Source: Oceanispirochaeta sp. (GTDB lineage Bacteria > Spirochaetota > Spirochaetia > DSM-2461). From it: 64,000 nt of DNA. Each line of letters opens with the position of its first letter. Position 1 is the first letter of the stretch. The notes beneath the pieces were generated by a model. It did not search any database and was not told the DNA's origin. It worked only from the letters and a program-made list of their open reading frames with translations. The position numbers were made by a program, and so were the translations under genes. Below, piece after piece: positions 57,226 through 64,000 of the stretch. The DNA lies in assembly GCA_963666275.2 (NCBI GenBank), contig CAXXOA010000002.1, forward strand, positions 1,984,001 through 2,048,000. The letters run 5' to 3'.

Positions 57226-58266
57226 ATGAAAGCAGCCGTTTACAGAGAGTTCGGAAAACCTCTGAATATTGAAACACTTCCGGATCCCGTTCCAACGGAT
57301 AAGGGGGTTGTTATAAGGATCGCCGCAACGGGATTATGCAGAAGTGACTGGCATGGATGGATGGGGCATGATCCTGACATCACTCTCCCTCATGTGCCCG
57401 GACACGAACTGGCCGGTGTCGTGGAGAAGGTGGGAGCCAATGTGACCTTATGGAAAAAAGGGGACAGAGTGACCCTTCCGTTTGTTTGCGGTTGCGGTCA
57501 TTGTCCCCAGTGCTCTTCGGGGAATCATCAGGTTTGCGATCACCAGTTTCAGCCCGGATTCACCCACTGGGGATCCTTTGCGGAACTGGTTGCCATCGAT
57601 TTCGCCGATATCAATCTTGTCCGGATCCCCGAGGAAATTGACTTTGTAACGGCTGCCAGTCTGGGATGCCGCTTTGTCACCTCTTTCCGGGCCGTCGTCG
57701 AGCAGGGAAGGGTGGCCCCCGGTCAATGGGTGGCTGTACACGGCTGCGGAGGCATAGGGCTTTCGGCCATTATGATCGCCAGCGCCATGGGGGCGAATGT
57801 GGTGGCTGTTGATCTGGGAGAGGACAAGCTTTCCTTCGCCAGGAGCGTTGGTGCGGTTGCGACAGTCAATGCCTCAGAAACAGATGATCCTGTTGGAGAG
57901 ATCCGGCGTATTACAGGCGGAGGGGCCCATGTCTCCCTGGATGGTCTGGGTTCACCGGTCACATCCTTCAACTCCATTTCCTGTCTGAGAAAGAGAGGAA
58001 AGCATGTTCAGGTGGGACTGATGCTGGGAGATCATAAACATCCCTCTGTCCCCATGGACAGAGTGATCGCCCATGAACTGGAGATCCTGGGGAGCCATGG
58101 TATGCAGGCTCACAAGTATCCAGAGCTTCTTGAAATGATAAGGACGGGAAAGCTGGATCCCCGGAAGCTGATCCGCCGGACTATTTCTCTGGAGGAGTCT
58201 CTGGAAGCTCTGACCCGGATGGATGAATTCAGCGGAACGGGAATCACGGTTATAGACCGATTCTGA
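57226..58266 (+). CDS. Zn-dependent alcohol dehydrogenase (MDR family)
   Basis: GLCRSD, GHE, structural-Zn CGHCPQC..GNHQVC and GCGGIG motifs. Confidence 0.93.
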   Translation: MKAAVYREFGKPLNIETLPDPVPTDKGVVIRIAATGLCRSDWHGWMGHDPDITLPHVPGHELAGVVEKVGANVTLWKKGDRVTLPFVCGCGHCPQCSSGNHQVCDHQFQPGFTHWGSFAELVAIDFADINLVRIPEEIDFVTAASLGCRFVTSFRAVVEQGRVAPGQWVAVHGCGGIGLSAIMIASAMGANVVAVDLGEDKLSFARSVGAVATVNASETDDPVGEIRRITGGGAHVSLDGLGSPVTSFNSISCLRKRGKHVQVGLMLGDHKHPSVPMDRVIAHELEILGSHGMQAHKYPELLEMIRTGKLDPRKLIRRTISLEESLEALTRMDEFSGTGITVIDRF

Positions 58267-58290
58267 TCATCTGCCGAACCCGTCGTATCG

Positions 58291-58326
58291 TCAGTCATTC
58301 CGGACTGTATAATCCGGAATGACTGA
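58291..58326. terminator. Perfect 14-bp hairpin between convergent genes (terminator or REP-like)
   Basis: TCAGTCATTCCGGA-CTGTATAA-TCCGGAATGACTGA. Confidence 0.7.
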
Positions 58327-58338
58327 TTGTCTGCAGGT

Positions 58339-59649
58339 TCATTTAATCCAAGCTTTCTCTTTACTGAAAGATCTTCGGGAAAGGAGAAACGGCAGGCTTG
58401 CCAGTCCTATCAGTACTGCCGCCGAAGCTCCCATTATTCCGGTAAACCGGTAGTGTCCCCATATCTTTTCCATAATGCTGAAAACCCAGGGGCCCAGGGC
58501 GCTGCCGGCAACAATGAAACTCATGGCCAGGCCCGATATGGCCCCCAGGTGCTCTCTGCCGTAAAGCTTGGGCCAGGTGATAGAGTTCAGAACTCCGAAA
58601 ATACCTGCTCCCACACCCATCCCCAGAATCAGAGTGAATGAGGTCACCCCATTATAGGGCAGCGCCAGAGAGATCGCTCCCAGAAGAATCGCCAGATCCA
58701 GAAGATAGAAATGGTATTTCAGATCGATCATATCGCTCAGCCAGCTTCCCAGAAAGCGGGCCGCAACGGATATGATGGATATGGGAAGGAATATGGCCAC
58801 TGCCTGGGCTGTATCCTTTCCCAGAGAGCTGAAAATGGAGGTGATATGAAAGGTGAAGGCTGTGTTGTAGAGGGCCCAGAAAAAGAGGAGCGCCAGGTAG
58901 CACCATAAGCGGGGATCCCTTTTGGCTTCTTTCAGCGTTTTCGAAGGAGCATCCCCTTTTCTGCCGCCTTTACTGCCTGTCCGTATTTTCAGCCCCTCTT
59001 CCATTTTCATATCACAGTCTTCGGGGCTGTCTCTGAAAAAGATCAGAATAAAGGGCAGTACGGCGCCCAGGAGAATGATTCCCATCACAAGCCATGATCT
59101 TTTCCAGTCTGTCAGATTGATAAGACCCTGAAGCGCCCGGGGGGCGTAGGAGAAGCCGAAGGATGTGAAAATCCCCATAAGAGCGGCAACAAAGCCTCTA
59201 TGGGCCTCAAACCAGCGCATAACCATTCCCCGGGAGATAAGAGTCAGCACTCCCTGTCCGAAGAATCTGATGCCGAAAAATCCGATGATCATGAGGCCGA
59301 ACGCGGCAGAGCTCATTTCGACTCCCAGAAGCTCAGATAAAGAGAGGCTGAGGTTCAGAGACCGGGAGAGGAATATAAGACAGAGACCCAGGCCGACAGC
59401 GGCCGCCGCGGCAGCTACTCTGGCTCCGAAATAGTCATAGAACATGCCTGCTCTTGTCATAACCAGGGCGCTTAAAAGGGTTCCGATCATATAGGCTGTG
59501 GATATTTCAATACGGCTTATGGAGAGATGCTGAATAAGATGGTCTGTATAGACAGAGACGCCCATGGTCTGCCCCGGTACACTGCAGAGTATACCGATGG
59601 CCCCTGCCGCCATGATGATCCAGCCGTAATAGAAGGGAAGTGTTTTCAC
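58339..59649 (-). CDS. MFS transporter
   Basis: FYYGW..PGQT.G.SV, about 12 hydrophobic segments, GSWLSD and YGREHLGAISG. Confidence 0.9.
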   Translation of the reverse strand: MKTLPFYYGWIIMAAGAIGILCSVPGQTMGVSVYTDHLIQHLSISRIEISTAYMIGTLLSALVMTRAGMFYDYFGARVAAAAAAVGLGLCLIFLSRSLNLSLSLSELLGVEMSSAAFGLMIIGFFGIRFFGQGVLTLISRGMVMRWFEAHRGFVAALMGIFTSFGFSYAPRALQGLINLTDWKRSWLVMGIILLGAVLPFILIFFRDSPEDCDMKMEEGLKIRTGSKGGRKGDAPSKTLKEAKRDPRLWCYLALLFFWALYNTAFTFHITSIFSSLGKDTAQAVAIFLPISIISVAARFLGSWLSDMIDLKYHFYLLDLAILLGAISLALPYNGVTSFTLILGMGVGAGIFGVLNSITWPKLYGREHLGAISGLAMSFIVAGSALGPWVFSIMEKIWGHYRFTGIMGASAAVLIGLASLPFLLSRRSFSKEKAWIK

Positions 59650-59786
59650 AGGAAAGGGGAAATTTCCCGGAATGAGATGATGTTTTGTATTTCTGATAGA
59701 AAAACTCCTGAATAAAGTCCGGCTATTATAGTGAAAAAAGACCCTACTGTAAGCAGGAGCAGGGCTTTTTCAGAGAAATCTCCCCC

Positions 59787-61964
59787 TTAAAAGTGGATCC
59801 TTGTCTCTATGGTGAATACAGGGACGATTTCAGGGGTTATCCCGTCGTCTTTCATCACAAGATCTCCCTGATCATCGTAAATGGTTGAAGAGGATACAAT
59901 CACCGCAAGATCCAGTGTCGGGGCAACGGGGAGCACCACCTCTCCGGTCAGCAGGGAGTCTTCGTTCATCCAGATAAAATCCCCATCCCTCAGAGACGGA
60001 TAAAACCGGGCCCTTTCGTAGGAGATACTTCCCGAAAGGTTGTAGAAGGGGATCATACCCCGGGAGATTTCCAGAGCCAGCCGGAAGTAGTCCTCATCGC
60101 TGATGGACACCTCCTTTCCATCCAGTTCCCAGGGCCAGAGGTAGCCGGCGGAGATCCGGATCTTCTCCTGGAAAAGCCGGAAACCTGCTTCTCCGAAAAC
60201 TCCCAGAGATGCGTCTGTATTTTCAGGGCTTTCCAGGTACTGATTCATCTGTACAAGGTAGGAGAGGCGATTCCTCTGGTAGAGATTATCAAAAAGGTTG
60301 TGTCTGTAAAGTCCGTCTTCGTAACGGAGATCCAGAATAAAATCCAGCATCGTGACCTGCCCGGCCATCCCGGTTTTGACTCCGAAATTGCTCAGTTCCT
60401 CACCGTCCCAGATCAGCTTGAAGGGGTCGGAGGTATTAAAGGCTGTGCCCACCGGCTGATTCCTGTAAAGGGGAATGACAGAAGAGATATCCCCGTAGGT
60501 TTTGAGTTTCAGTAGAGCTGTATTGAAAGAGAAAAATTCGAGATCCAGAGAACCGCCGACCAGATAGGGATCTCCCAGGGATTCGGGATCATCCGCGTCA
60601 GAGGCCGGGACAAGATCTACCACAGCCGCGGCTCCGGGAGAGAATAGCTTTCCCTTGCGGATCTGAACTCTGCCTCCCATCAGAGAGGGGGACGGAGCAT
60701 GATCAACAAGGGCCTCCAGCTGGAGTCCTCCCCATGTGACTCCTCCATTGATTCCGGCCATCCGGACAGCGGGGAAACTGGTATTATTGCTGTAGTTTCT
60801 TACAAGTGATCCGTGGCCGAGTGTGATGGTTTCCAGGTTTCCCACTTTCAGGTAGAAAGGATCCCATCCCTGATCTCCGTATTCAAAAAACCGGACTTTC
60901 AGCCATAGATCTCTGTTTATATCGAAAAAGATATCCTGCATTCCCGACTGATCTCCTCCAAAGGACCACTCGTTATTTCCTTCCGGCTGATACCAGTCAG
61001 AGGAATCCAGGAAATTCTCCTGATATACAATGGGCAGATAGAGACCGAGGCGAACCTTTCCTGTCAGAAAAACAGGCTGGGCCACGGCCTGGGCCCAGGT
61101 TTCTCCGTTTATGGTGAGAGATCCCACAGTAAGATTCATATGATCTGAAAACCACTGCTCCAGTTTTGAGGGGGCTCTGTCAGATGCGGCCGTTTCCTCT
61201 TCCCCTGTCTCTGCCGGTTCCGGGACGGGAGGAGCGCTTTCCGGGGAAACTTCCACCGGTTCACTCTCCGATGCCGTTTCTTCTGGCTCTGCTCCCGCCG
61301 GGGGATTCTCCATGGCCTGGCCAGGGACGTCCCGGGGATTGAGCTTGCGGAAGGGGAGGGCGTCAAAGGCGGCATTGACCTCCCCGGCTGTGAGAATGAC
61401 CGGTGTAAAGAGCGCAGCTCCCGTGTCGACCCGCATATTGGCACTGATCTGAGTCCTGTTTGCCGGATCCGCCAGACTGATCACATCGACCAGTCCGGAT
61501 TTGCAGAGAATCGAGTTCTCATTGTCCAGAACCGTGTTGAGGATCTCGGTTCCCCGGATACCGCAGACAGAGGTGGGTGTATTGACCACGTATCGGTTAT
61601 CCCGTCCCAGACGGGACGCTACCGTTCTCAGTCTGCCTGAGAAAAGGCTCAGCGAGGTCTCTTCGCTCTCCTGTCTGCCCTGGATGGCGTTGATGACAAA
61701 GACTGTGTTCTCCCCCAGGTTGAAGATTGTTCCGTTCGGGGCCAGGCGGATTTCCACATTGGCACTGCCTGTTCGGACGGTGGATCCCAGGGCCAGTTCT
61801 CCACCGATATAGGCCTCTTCCTCCTCTCCCGAGGGAGTTTGAATGATGACTTCAAAGGGATCACCCTCTATGTACTCAATTATGGCAATGCTGCCTTCCT
61901 GGGCAGTTAGAAACAGGACCGGAAGAAGAGCATATAACAGGATTCCTTGTAATTTTCTTTTCAT
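59787..61964 (-). CDS. Secreted protein with an N-terminal FecR domain, an acidic Pro-rich linker and a C-terminal predicted beta-barrel
   Basis: VRTGS..EI...GT...LGENT and VNTPTSVCGIRGT (FecR); ends IETRIHF. Confidence 0.75.
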   Translation of the reverse strand: MKRKLQGILLYALLPVLFLTAQEGSIAIIEYIEGDPFEVIIQTPSGEEEEAYIGGELALGSTVRTGSANVEIRLAPNGTIFNLGENTVFVINAIQGRQESEETSLSLFSGRLRTVASRLGRDNRYVVNTPTSVCGIRGTEILNTVLDNENSILCKSGLVDVISLADPANRTQISANMRVDTGAALFTPVILTAGEVNAAFDALPFRKLNPRDVPGQAMENPPAGAEPEETASESEPVEVSPESAPPVPEPAETGEEETAASDRAPSKLEQWFSDHMNLTVGSLTINGETWAQAVAQPVFLTGKVRLGLYLPIVYQENFLDSSDWYQPEGNNEWSFGGDQSGMQDIFFDINRDLWLKVRFFEYGDQGWDPFYLKVGNLETITLGHGSLVRNYSNNTSFPAVRMAGINGGVTWGGLQLEALVDHAPSPSLMGGRVQIRKGKLFSPGAAAVVDLVPASDADDPESLGDPYLVGGSLDLEFFSFNTALLKLKTYGDISSVIPLYRNQPVGTAFNTSDPFKLIWDGEELSNFGVKTGMAGQVTMLDFILDLRYEDGLYRHNLFDNLYQRNRLSYLVQMNQYLESPENTDASLGVFGEAGFRLFQEKIRISAGYLWPWELDGKEVSISDEDYFRLALEISRGMIPFYNLSGSISYERARFYPSLRDGDFIWMNEDSLLTGEVVLPVAPTLDLAVIVSSSTIYDDQGDLVMKDDGITPEIVPVFTIETRIHF

Positions 61965-61981
61965 TTTTCTCTCCTTCGGGT

Positions 61982-63361
61982 TTAAAACTGAATTCCCGTA
62001 CGGATCTGGGAGGTAACGTTCCAGTCGCGGCTGTCTCCGGGTTCGTATTTGGCATCTACCTGGAAGGTAATCACAGCCGGAGCCATATGGAAATTGACCT
62101 GCCCTCCCAAAAGAGCATTTTCCGGATCTATCAGATCATCGGGATTTTGAATAAACATCTTGTCGTACCAGAAGCTGAAATCCACAAGACTGACAGTACC
62201 CGGCTGAAGAGACAGGATCCCTTTCATCCTGGGATCCCGGTAGGGATTGTTCTCAGGGTTGGAGAAAGGCCCCTCCAGGGACACATTGAAAATCAGTGAG
62301 TCCTGAAGGAGCGACACTCCCATAGATGCCAGATACCCCACTGCAGCATCCAGTATGGGCTCCTCTTCATTATGATAGATGATGTATTTATCACTCCGCA
62401 GCAGGTCGTAGGGACTGTCAAAATAGACAGGCTGGAAATCATCTCCCATAAAACGGAGCTGACCGGTATAGCGGAAGAACAGGAGAGCCCCCGCAGCCCC
62501 CAGCATGCTTCCGGTTTTCGGATCCGAGGTGCCCTGAAAAACCATATCCCCCATCAGGGCTACTGAGGAAATCTCCCCGCTGTAGAGAGGCGCAATAAAG
62601 TCGAATCCTGTGATCTGAACCCGGTCGGGATTGTAATCCTCAGGATAGAGACTGTTCTCATAGGCATCGTAATAGCCGTTTTCATCTTCATCTGTCAGAT
62701 AGATAAAGGGATCCCTGTCCATATAGAGGGAGGTACCGATTTCCAGATTTTTCAGAATATAATTCTGTGACAGATTCGAAGCGGGATATCCGAAGAGTCT
62801 GGCTCCGGCAAGATCCAGGGCGGAAATATTGGAAACCATTCCCTGAACTCCCAGGTAGGGAAAATCGAAGAGTTCTCCCTTCAGGCTGAACTGTCCGCCG
62901 AAGATCCTTTTTTCTGGGAGCAGGAGCGTGTTGGCATACCCGCCCATGATGAACCCTGTACCCAGGGTTGTGGACCCCAGACTTCCCAGGCGGATAAAGA
63001 GGGGATCTCTCTCCTGTCCCCATCTGATATAGGAGAATTTTGAAAGATAAAGGTTCAGATAGTCGGGAAATGTTCCGTCCCGGTCAAAATACCAGTCCCT
63101 TTTGAAAACCCGGAACCGGGGATCTCCCTGATCGTCATTTTTCAGAGTGAAGCGATAATCAATATCCAGGCCGACACCCAGTTTTCCATAGGAGAATTCA
63201 GGCAGAAAACGGACAGAATTGTAAACTTCCTCATCCAGGGTGACTGTACCGATTGACAGGCCGAAGCTGAAATCCGCTTGCGCTGTCTGCTCTTCCTGTG
63301 AGAGCAGAGGGGCAGTTAGCAAAGGTATCAGAAGAGACAGGAATATCAGGTTCCGTTTCAT
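61982..63361 (-). CDS. Predicted outer-membrane beta-strand protein, paralogous to the C-terminal domain of the downstream gene
   Basis: ATG at 63361 follows CAGGAGG. Signal peptide; shared DP..(R/K)(L/V)G.L...TLG.G motif; ends RTGIQF. Confidence 0.7.
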   Translation of the reverse strand: MKRNLIFLSLLIPLLTAPLLSQEEQTAQADFSFGLSIGTVTLDEEVYNSVRFLPEFSYGKLGVGLDIDYRFTLKNDDQGDPRFRVFKRDWYFDRDGTFPDYLNLYLSKFSYIRWGQERDPLFIRLGSLGSTTLGTGFIMGGYANTLLLPEKRIFGGQFSLKGELFDFPYLGVQGMVSNISALDLAGARLFGYPASNLSQNYILKNLEIGTSLYMDRDPFIYLTDEDENGYYDAYENSLYPEDYNPDRVQITGFDFIAPLYSGEISSVALMGDMVFQGTSDPKTGSMLGAAGALLFFRYTGQLRFMGDDFQPVYFDSPYDLLRSDKYIIYHNEEEPILDAAVGYLASMGVSLLQDSLIFNVSLEGPFSNPENNPYRDPRMKGILSLQPGTVSLVDFSFWYDKMFIQNPDDLIDPENALLGGQVNFHMAPAVITFQVDAKYEPGDSRDWNVTSQIRTGIQF

Positions 63362-63455
63362 GTTTTGAACCCTCCTGAATATCAGTATAGTACAAAGTAC
63401 AGGAGTCTTCACTCATTCTTCGGAGCCGCGTTATATTCAGAAAAAGTTGAGACGC

Positions 63456-64000
63456 TCAGTATTCCGCCGGAGTCTGAACCATTTTATCCATGGCTTCGTT
63501 GAATATGGCTTCGTCTTCGGGGCTGAACTGGATCAGCTTTTTCAGTCTGGATACCAGGGGTTTGACAAAATACTCCATACTGTTGCTCTTCCTTTCGTAT
63601 TCCGTTCTGTGTTCAAGCATCATTACTGAAACAAGGGAGGGGTCCCTGTACTGGCCGATCTGCTGATATCCCAGTTTATCATATATGGTAATCTGTTGTT
63701 TATCTCCTGCAAATACATCCAGAAAAAGTACTTCCGTTTCCTGTATTCTTGAAAACACATAGGCCAGAGTCATAAGTCCCATGGGAATGATGCTTCCTCT
63801 CTCCTCTCTGAGTACAGCCAGCCTGTCTATTTCGGCGCTGATCTTCCCTTTTGTCAGATTTCCCAGACTGAAATGGTTCTCGATAGGTAGTCTTTCGGTA
63901 TTCTTTGTGGTTATACAGGATACTGTCCCCACAGGCTGCAGGCCCTTATAGGCAAGAATATGAAAGGCTTTCTCATCGATATCCCTGCGGATGGTCTCTT
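63456..64000 (-). CDS. GNAT-fold acyltransferase (FeeM / acyl-amino-acid synthase-like), 5' end outside the window
   Basis: The frame is open to the window edge: DIDEKAFHILAYKGLQPVGTV...LPIE...AEIDRLAV...RG...YDKLGY. Confidence 0.6.
   Translation of the reverse strand, partial: ETIRRDIDEKAFHILAYKGLQPVGTVSCITTKNTERLPIENHFSLGNLTKGKISAEIDRLAVLREERGSIIPMGLMTLAYVFSRIQETEVLFLDVFAGDKQQITIYDKLGYQQIGQYRDPSLVSVMMLEHRTEYERKSNSMEYFVKPLVSRLKKLIQFSPEDEAIFNEAMDKMVQTPAEY

Overview
Chromosomal window of a free-living anaerobic spirochaete, probably Spirochaetaceae. The taxonomy is inferred from the short AlaRS, an orphan FliG paralogue, HisZ-type HisG and the pcnB/Rnf context. Housekeeping content: hrpA (partial), hisS, pcnB, rnfCDGEAB, alaS, hisZ-hisG-hisB, a LysM amidase, rsmD, recG, yggT and dnaE. 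Accessory content: (i) an anaerobic purine/urate-degradation-type cluster (ygeW, carbamate kinase, YheO-type regulator, ygeY, ssnA, ygfK) with two PLP enzymes but no recognisable dpaL/ygeX or hyuA, split by a LacI-controlled sugar ABC transporter; (ii) palindromic REP-like arrays (52, 143 and 25 bp units) that all sit at gene stop codons, plus an internally deleted RAYT/Y1 transposase remnant that is not in the ORF track; (iii) an AT-rich pair of paralogous lipoprotein genes; (iv) a signalling cluster (hybrid kinase, dual-specificity phosphatase, and a GGDEF protein with a nonsense codon in its last conserved helix); (v) two paralogous predicted outer-membrane proteins, one fused to a FecR domain. 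Also seen are a GH57 protein that appears to lack both catalytic residues, a candidate ~70-nt sRNA, a structured ygeW leader and apparently leaderless genes. I found no CRISPR array, rRNA, tRNA or intact transposase. All calls come from reading motifs by eye; no database search was run.
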